DNA from: Candidatus Sungiibacteriota bacterium
Lineage (GTDB): Bacteria; Patescibacteriota; Minisyncoccia; Sungbacterales; HO2-52-23
Assembly (NCBI GenBank): GCA_016186095.1
Contig: JACPMG010000011.1
Coordinates: 1-52,983, forward strand
Direction: 5' to 3'
DNA: 52,983 nt
The first letter of the stretch is position 1; each line of letters begins with the position of its first letter. A model generated the notes under the pieces. It saw only the letters and a list, made by a program, of their open reading frames with translations, made no database searches and was not told the origin of the DNA. The translations under genes and the position numbers were made by a program. Shown here piece by piece: positions 32,988 to 42,278 of the stretch.

Positions 32988-33841
32988 CGATGAGGAGATC
33001 GGCTTTACGAAGCAGCGATTCCGGGAAAATTACCCCGATCTCGCGCGCTGTTTTTTTATTTAACACCAGTAGGAGTCGGCGCGGCGCGTCAATCGGCAGA
33101 AGCGATGGATCCGCTCCGCGTAAGATTTTGTCCGCGTATATTGCCGATTGTTCACCGGACACAAAATAGTTAGGTCCGTAACCCAAAAGACCCCCTTTCT
33201 CCACCATATCTTTATCGAATACGGCAAATGGCAGTTTTTCTTTTTTTGCCTGTTCAATCTAGGTCTAGCTTTCGGGCGGCCTCGAGCGCGGAGTCGTAAG
33301 AGCTTGCTCCCGGGATGTCTTCGGGCGTGAACGGTATAGCCACTTTTTTTATCTTCGGTACAGCTTCTTTGAGAAATTCAAGGCGTTTGGCGGCCAGGGG
33401 AGAAGAGAGAGAAGAAACTCCGGTAACATTTTTCCCCGGCCTTTGCGGGGATTCAATGACGCCCGAAGCCAAGGGGTCGCCCATTGAGCCAAAAACAATA
33501 GGGACGGTTTTGGTGAGTTTGTGCGCTTCCACGGTCGCCGGAGTTGAATAGATGTGCAGGAGGTCCACCCCCTCTTTAAGTATTCCGGATATTACCGAGG
33601 GGAGTTCTTCCCGTTTTTCCACGAAATTAATACGATAAATGATGTTCTTCCCCTCCTCATACCCCAGTTCTTTCATTTTGCTTCGGAACCCTTCCACTCC
33701 CGGCCGGTACGATTCGCCGCGGACTATTATGCCAACCGTATAAGTTTTTGGGGGTTCTATGGGCTTTTTAAAAAAATTCAGCACTGCCGACCATCCGCCC
33801 AGGAGTAAAACGACAATGGCTATGGGTATTATTTTTTCCAT
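32974..33841 (-). pseudogene. ABC-type substrate-binding-like sensor partner (PF04392-like), disrupted
   Basis: The 195-aa N-terminal ORF ends ...AARKLDLD*. A 77-aa C-terminal piece (extendable to IEQAKKEKLPFAVFDKDMVEKGGLLGYG) continues in another frame. An estimated 40-60 central residues appear to be missing. Confidence 0.5.
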
Positions 33842-33851
33842 AGGCGAAGTT

Positions 33852-34817
33852 TTATTTTATTATCGGCAAGGCAAACCAGAAGGTGCTTCCCTTTCCTTCC
33901 TCGGAGCGAAATCCTATTTTTCCGTCCATGGCTTCGATTATTGATTTGGCGATATAAAGGCCTATGCCCGTGCCTTCGGTTTGATGGCGGATGCCATTCT
34001 GGGCGCGGAAGAATTTCTGAAAAATAAATTTTTGTTGTGCCTGCGGTATGCCCACGCCAGTATCGGTAACGGCCAGTTCAACCGTGCCGTCTTTCTCCCG
34101 GATGGAGACGGTAACCCGACCGTTGCCGCGGCTGTAACGAATAGCATTATCAACAAAATTTTGTATCACCATCAAAGTACGGTCGCGGTCTCCGTTGACT
34201 TCCGGTAGATTTTTTCCGGGCTCAAGTTCCAAAGTGACATTGGAGGCCTTGGCGTAAGCTTGGAACTCATCCATTATACTTTTGGAAAGAGCAGCGAGCG
34301 AAATCCGCTCTTTTTTTATAACAAAAGTGCGCGCTTCAATCCTGGAAACTTCCAGCAACGAATTTACCAGGCGGATCATTTTCTCGGTTGAGCCGCGCAG
34401 CGTTCCCAGAAAATTATTTTCTGGGGAGTTTTCCTGGTTATGCGATAGACGGCCCATAGCTTCAATCGTCCATTTGAATATAGAGAGCGGGGAACGCAGC
34501 TGATGTGAAACTATGGAGATGAATTCGGATTTCATGCGGTTGGCTTGCGCTATGGCATTGAATCCGGCGATGATTAGATTTCCCACTACCAGGGAGATCA
34601 CAGTTACGATTATCACCACTAGCGCCGCTATTTCCGGTTCATCCGTATATCTGGTGGCGAGAATGTATGTGGCAATCATGGAGATAACAGTAATAAGCCC
34701 CATCACCAGCACCAAAAAAGGCGGGCATTGCCAAAGTTTTAGATGAGCCGATCGGCATTCTCCTACTATATTCAGTTGTCGCGCCCAAGTAGGCATTGAT
34801 TTTAGTATATCATACAC
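33852..34817 (-). CDS. membrane histidine kinase (short sensor)
   Basis: 321 aa. Two transmembrane helices, H-box SIVSHQLRSPL, and N/G boxes (NFVDNAIRYS, DTGVGI, GTGIGL). GTG start. Confidence 0.85.
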   Translation of the reverse strand: MYDILKSMPTWARQLNIVGECRSAHLKLWQCPPFLVLVMGLITVISMIATYILATRYTDEPEIAALVVIIVTVISLVVGNLIIAGFNAIAQANRMKSEFISIVSHQLRSPLSIFKWTIEAMGRLSHNQENSPENNFLGTLRGSTEKMIRLVNSLLEVSRIEARTFVIKKERISLAALSKSIMDEFQAYAKASNVTLELEPGKNLPEVNGDRDRTLMVIQNFVDNAIRYSRGNGRVTVSIREKDGTVELAVTDTGVGIPQAQQKFIFQKFFRAQNGIRHQTEGTGIGLYIAKSIIEAMDGKIGFRSEEGKGSTFWFALPIIK

Positions 34818-34913
34818 GCATAAGAGGTGACATAATTTTGCTCCACAGGCTCTTGATTTTTTAAATCAATATGCTACTGATAACATCAGCGACAAGTACC
34901 TTGAGGTGAGAAA

Positions 34914-36143
34914 ATGGTAGATAGAACTGCGGCCGATATTGTCTCCATGACTGCTAGCTGTTCCGCGCGTACTTATAATCGTCTGCCGGTGGTGATTGAA
35001 CGCGGGGAAGGCGTTTGGTTGTATACGAAAGAAGGAAGGAGGCTTCTTGATTGCTTCGCCATGTTTGCGGTCGTAAACTTCGGGCATGCGAATCCACGCA
35101 TCTCGAGAGCGCTTTACACGCAGGCCGAAAAAATCTCGGTGGTCGCGCCCTCCCTGCATAATGAAACGGCCGCAGAGTTTGCGTGGCGACTCTGTAGGTT
35201 TACAAAAGCCCGTCGTATGCACTCGGCAATTATCGGAACAGAGGCTTTTGAAAAAAGCGTAAAGATTCTGCGCAAGCGAGGCTACATGGCTCTGCGCAAA
35301 TGGGGCGATAGGGCCAAAGTTACAGAAAATTCGGCACAGATTATCGTCTGCCGCGGAAATTTCCATGGGAGAACTTATGCTTCCTTAAGCGCTTCCACCA
35401 ACCCGCGCTACCGTCAAAACTTTGGTCCGTTCGTTCCCGGGTTTGTGGCTATTCCTTTCGGCGATGCCGAGGCGCTTGAGCGGGCCATCACTCCGCAAAC
35501 AGTCGGTTTCGTCCTAGAACCGATTCAGGGAGAAGGCGGCATTCATGTCCCGCCGTCCGGATATTTGCGTCAGGTGAGGCAGATTTGTGATTCTGCCAAG
35601 ATCGCTCTTGTTTTTGACGAAATCCAAAGCGGGATGGGAAGGACCGGAAAGAATTTCGCTTCCGATCACGAGGGAGTAAAGCCGAATTTGAGGCTGGTAG
35701 GCAAGGCTTTGGGCGGCGGTGCGCTTCCTATAGCGGCCGTGGTGGGAGATGAAGAGTTGGTGGGGCTGATTGAGCCCAAAGACGACGGAAGCACTTTTGC
35801 TTTTTATCCTCTGGGATGCGCGGTGGCCATAGAGGCAATGAACATTCTCGAAGAAGGCGAAGTAACAGCCAACGCGGCGCGGGTCGGGGAATATTTCATG
35901 CGGCATGTGCGAGAGCTTTCTCATCCTCTCATCAAAGAGGTTCGCGGACTAGGGCTTTTTATCGGCATTGAGTTTGCGGAGGGCGTTTCGAGCAGCCGAC
36001 TTCAGGAGATGCTGTTGGAAGAAGGAATGATCTGGTGTATGGCCGGAGAACATGTTTTGCGCTTTACCCCGCCCCTGATTATCACCGAAAGCGAGACGGA
36101 TATGGCCGTGGAAGGACTTAAAAATGTCCTGGCGAGACTTTAA
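34914..36143 (+). CDS. class-III PLP aminotransferase, ornithine aminotransferase-like
   Basis: 409 aa: GNFHGRT, EPIQGEGG, DEIQSGMGRTGK, and VGKALGGG carrying the PLP lysine. GAGGTG Shine-Dalgarno 5 nt before the ATG. Confidence 0.82.
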   Translation: MVDRTAADIVSMTASCSARTYNRLPVVIERGEGVWLYTKEGRRLLDCFAMFAVVNFGHANPRISRALYTQAEKISVVAPSLHNETAAEFAWRLCRFTKARRMHSAIIGTEAFEKSVKILRKRGYMALRKWGDRAKVTENSAQIIVCRGNFHGRTYASLSASTNPRYRQNFGPFVPGFVAIPFGDAEALERAITPQTVGFVLEPIQGEGGIHVPPSGYLRQVRQICDSAKIALVFDEIQSGMGRTGKNFASDHEGVKPNLRLVGKALGGGALPIAAVVGDEELVGLIEPKDDGSTFAFYPLGCAVAIEAMNILEEGEVTANAARVGEYFMRHVRELSHPLIKEVRGLGLFIGIEFAEGVSSSRLQEMLLEEGMIWCMAGEHVLRFTPPLIITESETDMAVEGLKNVLARL

Positions 36144-36169
36144 GTCGATCGCCTCGACTGCCTAAAAAA

Positions 36170-36208
36170 GAAAAACGACCTATCCCGTTTGGGAAGGTCG
36201 TGTTTTTA
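36170..36208. terminator. bidirectional terminator between convergent genes
   Basis: CGACCTaTCCC gttt GGGAAGGTCG flanked by an A-run and a T-run. Confidence 0.65.
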
Positions 36209-36211
36209 TTT

Positions 36212-37624
36212 CTAGTCAGAATGAATTTTGGTTGGTGCGGCAGCCGGATCTTCGCCCGAATTAGGATAAACAAGCGTGCGGGCGATCTGTGTCTCCGGAT
36301 CGAAGAATTTCTCTATAACTTCCAGCACCTCTCTGCGAGTAGTTTTACGAATGTTTCGTACGTGCTCGCAAATTTCTTCCGGCGCGCCGCCGATCTCCAT
36401 ATCCAGCATCCATTCCAGGAAGTCGAATTTATAGTCGCTTGCCATAATGGCAAAATGAGTTTCGATTCTTGCTTTCGCATCTTCAATTATGGATTGCGAT
36501 ATGCCGTCTCTGCGGTATGTGCGGAAAAGATTCAATAGTGTTTCTTCTACGCGTTCCAGCAGTGAGCTATTCGTCTGTATGCATATACAGAAGCAACCGG
36601 CCAAGGGCGAAACCTCATAATCAATGACATTGGGATGATACATATGTCCGCGTTTCTCCCGGACTTCATAGAAGACATCGCCGGATAAGAAAGATTTTCC
36701 ATCTATTTCATGTCCGCCGAGAATGCATCTTAGTACTTCTAGCGCATACCGGTATTTCGTTTTAAATGAGGGAAGTCTGCAGCCAAGCGCAATTCCTCCA
36801 AGGTCTGCCGGCAGACGATCGCTTTGGCGGGGCTCCGGCTTTAACACAAGAGGATCGGGCAGACGGCATTGTCTGATTGATCGTTCAATATCTTGTTTGT
36901 GGTTGAGTGAAATATGCCGGGGGTTTACCCCTTTTTGCTTCAAAGACTTTTCATGTCGTCTGAAAAATGCATCTGCCGCTCGTACTAGGCTCCGATGCGG
37001 AAGGCTCCCGTGTCCCACGACTGTAACTAGATTTGGCTCAAGAAGGCTTTGGCAGTACGACAGCACGGTTTCATAGGAAAGTCTTCGTACGTCTTGAGGA
37101 TCAATTACAGTCTTTCGCGCTATAGGGTTTTCCGCTCCAAACAGCGTTTGATAAAGGAAGTCATAAGCATGCCATGCGGGTTCGCTGGCGCGCTCTTCCA
37201 TCTCCCGCTCAACCGCATCTCGTTCAAGGAGAAACTCCTGTTCGGTAAATGTGGGTTGGGCGACAAGTTTGGACAGCACCCGGAAAGCTTTTCTGAAATT
37301 CTTTCTGTACTTTTTACCCTTGACAAGCGCAAGATGCGGAACGAGAATCTGGCACTGCATTGTATGGGCCGTACATTCGCCGGTCTTCTCAAGTATGCGC
37401 ATGGCTCTTCGTTGCGGGTAGCCGGGAGCGGCTTTCAGCAAAAGATGCTCAACCATGTGGAAGAGCTCTTCAAGCCCCGGTGGATCAAAGATTGTCCCGA
37501 TGTTGAATCCGAATCCGAAAGCTGCGGTGTCGTTTCGTGCGAAAGAGGAAAGCACCCGCGCGCCATTGTCGAGTACAGTCCGCTCGACAGAGCGAGAAAG
37601 CTTTTCATGCTGCATGGCGCTCAC
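36212..37624 (-). CDS. M16-family (pitrilysin-like) zinc peptidase
   Basis: 470 aa with the inverted zinc motif HxxEH (FHMVEHLL). AGGGGTGA Shine-Dalgarno upstream. Confidence 0.75.
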   Translation of the reverse strand: MSAMQHEKLSRSVERTVLDNGARVLSSFARNDTAAFGFGFNIGTIFDPPGLEELFHMVEHLLLKAAPGYPQRRAMRILEKTGECTAHTMQCQILVPHLALVKGKKYRKNFRKAFRVLSKLVAQPTFTEQEFLLERDAVEREMEERASEPAWHAYDFLYQTLFGAENPIARKTVIDPQDVRRLSYETVLSYCQSLLEPNLVTVVGHGSLPHRSLVRAADAFFRRHEKSLKQKGVNPRHISLNHKQDIERSIRQCRLPDPLVLKPEPRQSDRLPADLGGIALGCRLPSFKTKYRYALEVLRCILGGHEIDGKSFLSGDVFYEVREKRGHMYHPNVIDYEVSPLAGCFCICIQTNSSLLERVEETLLNLFRTYRRDGISQSIIEDAKARIETHFAIMASDYKFDFLEWMLDMEIGGAPEEICEHVRNIRKTTRREVLEVIEKFFDPETQIARTLVYPNSGEDPAAAPTKIHSD

Positions 37625-37761
37625 CCCTTTCTTTTATGACAAAGATCGTTTTGTCAGCGCTTAAGCGATGTTAGCACGGGTTTTTTAAGGACGCAAATTG
37701 TTTGCTGTCATATGCTTTTTGTGCTATGAATTTCTGGAAGAACGCGTTTGGAGGTTTTTAC

Positions 37762-38814
37762 ATGATACGGACTTACGAGGTTGTTGCCGGCGATACTCCT
37801 TGCGGGCCAGTTACGCTTAAGTTCATTGAAATAAAAGGTAAATACGCTGGACCAACATTGGTTTTGGTTTCTGGAGTTCACGGAGATGAACTTTCCAGCA
37901 TAGGAGGATTGTATCTTTTCCTCGACGAGCTTGCCAAACTCTATGGTGAAGACGGTATCCGCGGGAAGATTCTGGCCCTTCCCTTTGCCAATCCGTTGGC
38001 CTTGATGCAGCGCACTTGGGGGTTTCAATTGAGCGGCGTATCTGACGTGGCTTTGCACGAGAATCTGAACCGTTGTTTTCCGGGCGATCCCACGGGCACT
38101 TTTGGCGAGCGCCTGGCTCATGTAATTTTCACTTATCTTTTGGGCATGACGCCGGATCTGGTGATTGATCTTCACTGTATGCCTTCTAGTTCCTGCATTA
38201 TTGTGGATCCAATTGCTCCGGATGCCGTCAGCAGGCATAGCGGGATAGTCCTGAGAGATATCACTTGGAATTTGGCAGAAAAACTTGGCTTGGGCGTAGT
38301 ACACGATTTTCCCGATGAGGAGTACCAAAAAGAACGCCTTTATTCCTCGCTCTCGGCAGCTTTTATTCAGGCAGGTATTCCGGCATGCACGGTTGAGGTT
38401 CCGGGCGGTCCGGTATCAGTTGCCGAGTCCGAAGGTATAGTAAAATCGGTTATTTGGAATGCCGTGTCTGCGCGGACTTTAAATATAGTTCCTGCAGAGA
38501 AAGAACTTTATAATTTCCCCGTCACCTGCCCGAACGCCTGGTTGTCACGAAGCGAACTTGGTGTCGGAAAATACGCCTGTATGCCGGGGCCGCGAGCAGA
38601 AAAGTCAGGATTTTTCCGGCCGCTGGCTGGCTTGGCCAAAGGATTTTGCAAAGTGAGGAAAGGAACACTGATAGGCGAAATTTTAGGCGGAGCGCTTGAG
38701 AAAGTGGCTGATGTTAGATCTCCGGTTGATGGCTTTTTGGCATACTTCAGCAATGTCTCCATGGTTTCTGAAGGCGACCGGCTCTGCTGGTTTTTCGTGG
38801 AAGAAAAGAAATAG
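37762..38814 (+). CDS. succinylglutamate desuccinylase / aspartoacylase-family (M14-like) zinc hydrolase
   Basis: LVSGVHGDELSS matches the family's HxxE zinc site. Start placed at MIRTYEV, which has GGAGG 7 nt upstream. Confidence 0.7.
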   Translation: MIRTYEVVAGDTPCGPVTLKFIEIKGKYAGPTLVLVSGVHGDELSSIGGLYLFLDELAKLYGEDGIRGKILALPFANPLALMQRTWGFQLSGVSDVALHENLNRCFPGDPTGTFGERLAHVIFTYLLGMTPDLVIDLHCMPSSSCIIVDPIAPDAVSRHSGIVLRDITWNLAEKLGLGVVHDFPDEEYQKERLYSSLSAAFIQAGIPACTVEVPGGPVSVAESEGIVKSVIWNAVSARTLNIVPAEKELYNFPVTCPNAWLSRSELGVGKYACMPGPRAEKSGFFRPLAGLAKGFCKVRKGTLIGEILGGALEKVADVRSPVDGFLAYFSNVSMVSEGDRLCWFFVEEKK

Positions 38815-38839
38815 CTCCGACTCAAAGTCGGAGCGTTTT
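38814..38839. terminator. terminator between convergent genes
   Basis: GCTCCGACT caa AGTCGGAGC followed by GTTTT. Confidence 0.65.
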
Positions 38840-38852
38840 AATCCTGAAAGAA

Positions 38853-40415
38853 CTACATTCCTGTTTCCATCACATTTCCGGCAATCGCTTCCAATTGCAC
38901 GTCGTCAACCAGCACATGCGGCATGTGCCGCACGCTATCTGCCGCCCAAACAAGCGGTGTTTGTCTTTCTCGTGAGATTGCCTGAATGCGGTGAAGTATC
39001 CGCTGAAGGTTGTCGTTGATACGGAGAGAGTTAATGGCCAGGCCGCCAACAATCCTACCGTTTTCGATCAGATATGAATCGGCAACTACCGTGCCGGTGA
39101 AATCTCCTTGCGATGGCGGACCCATCGGATAGACATACCAGAGACGTCCCAAGAGGAGTCCATGTCCTATCTGCGTTATCATTTCACCCAACGGAATCGG
39201 GTCGGAACTTGTGAGGATAACGTTAGTCCCGAAAGACGATGTTTCGCTTGAAGGAGTTCGTCCGCCACCGCGTTCGGCAAAGCGAAAACCATTTCGTGGA
39301 ACCAGCGTTTGCTTCCAGTTGTTGGGATCCTGTCCGAGCTTTTCCTGTGCGCGCGGATCATGCAGCATCCTCTGCATTTCGTACCAGTTGGCAAGCGCTC
39401 CAACAAACACGCCGTCTCTTATGAGCTGGGTTTGGCCCGTGGGCAGTCCCTCGCAGGTAATGCCTTTGGAAGCTACAAGGCCCGGAGCATTACCCCAGTC
39501 AAGAAGTTGAACATGTTCTGCGGCCACGCGGCTTCCCAGCTTTCCGTTAAAGAGCGAAGTTCCTGAGTAGATGGTGTTAAGGTCTAAAGAGCCAAGTATC
39601 AATCCCATAATCTCGGCCATGGCAGCCGGTCCAAAAATAACAGTGTATTTTCCTGACGGAACTCTTCTCCCGCCTATGGAAGCGATGGCATTTTCCATGC
39701 CGACTCTTCCCGGCGTCTCATCCACGTCTGCGATACGCGTCCAAGTGCCATATCCGCTGCCTTTGGCGTTCAGTTTTTCCACCATGCAGGTGAGAGATGC
39801 CATGGCCAGCGTTGATTCGTCAGTTTGGGATTTCCGCATGACGCTTGATACGACTGCCATACGTTCCTGGAGCATGGTTAGATCTCCGCCCACAATGAGC
39901 CGAGCATCTTTTAGGCCTTGTTCTCCGCCGAAAAGTCCTATGAGTTTTTGCGAAGAACGCGCGGCATCGATTGCGCCGTCAAGAATTCTCCAGCTCGCAT
40001 CGCAAAACATCTCCGGCGAAAGTTCCATAGTATCCGGATCGTGGTAGTCAGAAAGAGTTCGTTTCTCGCCGCTTGGCAAAGGCAGTGAATGGAACTCGGG
40101 ATCAAAGTGACGAGCGATACAGGCCTTCTTGAAGGCGCGGGCCATGCTTTCCGGTCCGAGAGAGCCCTCTTCAGATCCGAAGCCGACCTCAATCCCATTA
40201 GCGCTTTTGAATACTACCAGCGTCCCTAGGCCATCAGAAGACGTGCCTTTTGGTTCTTCCAGGCCATTGCATGGTATAGCTGATGAGTAGTTGAAGCGGC
40301 CGACCTGCGCCCCATTGGACGCGACAAAGACCTCGGCTGCTATCACGCCAGGTTGCGATTCAAGGAATTGGAGAGCGTCCTCGGCGAAGCGGCGCAGTTC
40401 TTCTTTATTTCTCAT
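38853..40415 (-). CDS. pmbA: PmbA/TldE-family metalloprotease partner subunit
   Basis: PmbA_TldD-type C-terminal blocks and no HExxxH. Start at MRNKEELRRF, overlapping the tldD stop (TAATG), with GGGGAGG upstream. Confidence 0.78.
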   Translation of the reverse strand: MRNKEELRRFAEDALQFLESQPGVIAAEVFVASNGAQVGRFNYSSAIPCNGLEEPKGTSSDGLGTLVVFKSANGIEVGFGSEEGSLGPESMARAFKKACIARHFDPEFHSLPLPSGEKRTLSDYHDPDTMELSPEMFCDASWRILDGAIDAARSSQKLIGLFGGEQGLKDARLIVGGDLTMLQERMAVVSSVMRKSQTDESTLAMASLTCMVEKLNAKGSGYGTWTRIADVDETPGRVGMENAIASIGGRRVPSGKYTVIFGPAAMAEIMGLILGSLDLNTIYSGTSLFNGKLGSRVAAEHVQLLDWGNAPGLVASKGITCEGLPTGQTQLIRDGVFVGALANWYEMQRMLHDPRAQEKLGQDPNNWKQTLVPRNGFRFAERGGGRTPSSETSSFGTNVILTSSDPIPLGEMITQIGHGLLLGRLWYVYPMGPPSQGDFTGTVVADSYLIENGRIVGGLAINSLRINDNLQRILHRIQAISRERQTPLVWAADSVRHMPHVLVDDVQLEAIAGNVMETGM

Positions 40416-41998
40416 TATGCCGCCTCCCCTGATGGTCCGATTAGAGTGGCACGCGCCCTCATAGTGGGGCCTCCGTTGCCCAGCTTTTTTACCTGCATGG
40501 GCGACCCCTTTCCGCAATTGGGAATTGGGTAGAGACGGAAATCATTTCCTACTGCGTCTACGCTAGTTAGATAGCCCAAAGAGTCAGCCATGATTCCTCC
40601 ATCGCGGAAGAGTTGCCCGATCTTTCCGTCGCGAATTTCGTGGACTCGGCGGGCGAGGATTCTGAAGTTCTCGCGCGATTCGGCAATGGAAGGAATAGCG
40701 TGTCCTGCAAGTAAATAGCCGCGGTCTATTTCTCTAATGATATCGTCAGGGTTTCTGTCTCCGGGCGCAAAAACGGTGTTGGACATGCGGATAAGCGGCA
40801 CCATATCGCCGCGCGAGGCGCGCCAATGTCCATTTGATTCTCCGCCAAAAACTGCAGCTGTCTGGGCGCTGGACATGAAGCCGCGAAGTACTCCGGCCTC
40901 GATGTGTACCACTCGCTGTCCAAGAACGCCTTCGTGGTCGTACTTGTAGTATCCGAATCCGGGGAGTTGAGGATCGGAATAAGCGCTGACTAGAGGGGAG
41001 GCAACCTTTTTACCGACCATGTGCTCGTCAAATCCATGGAAGAGCCAGGAGCGTCCGGCATAACCGGTTTCCATTTTGAGAATACGGTCAAGTTCGGTGG
41101 GATGCCCCACGATCTCATGCACCTTGAGGGTGTTGAAGTGCGGCTCGGTGACGACAATCGCATCCCGTATGGTAGGACAGGGAGGGGACACACAGAGTTC
41201 CGAAAGCTCTTGGGCAAATAATCTCGCGAATTCGCGGTATGGCGGGAGTTGGGTCAGCTCTTCATTTATGCCTGTTTCCATGATTTCCCATCCTCGCTGA
41301 TGGGCGAGATAATCCATATGTTCCTGTTGCACAGACCCTTCGCTTGCCACCAAGAGCACCGGCGCTTCGGTAATTGCGAAAGTCTGGTCAATACAGGCGC
41401 CAAACGTTCCCACTATAAACTCGCGGATGAGGGTTGTACTCGCGGCGACTATCTGGTATCTGATCCGTGGGCGGTCTTTGATAAGGGCGGAAACATCTTT
41501 CAGTAGAGCGGTAATAGCATCCAAGCTCACGCTTCGCGGGTCAATCGTATACGTTGCCGGCACGCTATCCAGCATAAGCTGTCCTTTCTGGGGCATGGCA
41601 AGTTCCATTGACCAGAGTGCTTCTCCAAGCGGACCCCACTTTTCCTTGCGTCTGTTTTTTTCTGCAGAAGAGGCAAGGGCGCGCCTATAAGCGGTTTCTA
41701 TTGACGAGGCGATTAGAGAAAGAAGTTGCGGGAAATCGCGGGCGCCAAATGTCTGGCCGTCGTATCCGGGCGCTCTTACCGGATTACCGGCGATCACGCG
41801 TACGTTGAATTCGCCAGAATAATTCTCTCCCATTCCTTTTACTGTTCCATTCTCAAGGAATGCACCCTTGCCCTCGCTGATCCAGACGCGGCAATCAATG
41901 AAATCACATGCGTATTTTCTACGTTTCTCAAGTTGCAGTAAATCGTACAAGTTCAGCTTCAGATGGCCATCCAGCATTTCAACCGTCAGTCGTTCCAT
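40415..41998 (-). CDS. tldD: TldD-family zinc metalloprotease
   Basis: HEIVGHPTELD (the HExxxH site) and the CGKGSPMQ motif. Start at MERLTVEM with GAGGAG 7 nt upstream. Confidence 0.82.
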   Translation of the reverse strand: MERLTVEMLDGHLKLNLYDLLQLEKRRKYACDFIDCRVWISEGKGAFLENGTVKGMGENYSGEFNVRVIAGNPVRAPGYDGQTFGARDFPQLLSLIASSIETAYRRALASSAEKNRRKEKWGPLGEALWSMELAMPQKGQLMLDSVPATYTIDPRSVSLDAITALLKDVSALIKDRPRIRYQIVAASTTLIREFIVGTFGACIDQTFAITEAPVLLVASEGSVQQEHMDYLAHQRGWEIMETGINEELTQLPPYREFARLFAQELSELCVSPPCPTIRDAIVVTEPHFNTLKVHEIVGHPTELDRILKMETGYAGRSWLFHGFDEHMVGKKVASPLVSAYSDPQLPGFGYYKYDHEGVLGQRVVHIEAGVLRGFMSSAQTAAVFGGESNGHWRASRGDMVPLIRMSNTVFAPGDRNPDDIIREIDRGYLLAGHAIPSIAESRENFRILARRVHEIRDGKIGQLFRDGGIMADSLGYLTSVDAVGNDFRLYPIPNCGKGSPMQVKKLGNGGPTMRARATLIGPSGEAA

Positions 41999-42120
41999 AG
42001 CGTTTCTCCTCAGGTTATCAATGTTCCCGGGGGAAATATAACATAGGTGCGGAGTTAGCACCAGCGCATGGTCTCGTCATCGGTCAGCCCGCAATGTCTA
42101 CTGAATTCATGTATATTCGC

Positions 42121-42149
42121 TTGACAACCGCTTCTTATCAAACTATACT
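42121..42149 (+). promoter_or_regulatory. strong sigma70 promoter, TTGACA-17-TATACT
   Basis: -35 at 42121-42126 and -10 at 42144-42149, upstream of nusA. Confidence 0.65.
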
Positions 42150-42177
42150 GATAATGTTTACTGATTTTGATTGTTCT

Positions 42178-42201
42178 GGTCCGTGGAAACGGACCCTTTT
42201 T
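42178..42201 (+). terminator. intrinsic terminator inside the nusA leader (candidate attenuator)
   Basis: GGTCCGT ggaa ACGGACC followed by CTTTTT. It lies ~25 nt after the predicted transcription start and ~80 nt before the nusA start. Confidence 0.6.
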
Positions 42202-42250
42202 ACTAAGTTTGTAGGAATTAGCTTGTAGGCGTTAGGAGAAAGTCTCTTAA

Positions 42251-42278
42251 AGCTACAAGCTACAAGCTACAAGTTACA
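42251..42278. repeat. 4 x 7 nt tandem array (AGCTACA/CTACAAG) abutting the nusA TTG start
   Basis: AGCTACA three times, then AGTTACA, then AGCTTGG, which contains the start codon. Confidence 0.85.

Noticed and set aside
32974-33207. A 77-aa ORF considered as an independent small gene.
   Set aside because: Its sequence is the C-terminal end of the substrate-binding-protein fold begun by the 195-aa ORF. It is treated as part of one disrupted gene.
34866-35366. A 166-aa minus-strand ORF in the track.
   Set aside because: It is antisense to the well-supported aminotransferase gene, has low-complexity composition and no start signals.
37708-38328. A 206-aa minus-strand ORF in the track.
   Set aside because: It is antisense to the AstE/AspA-family gene, which has the HGDE zinc motif and a GGAGG Shine-Dalgarno sequence.
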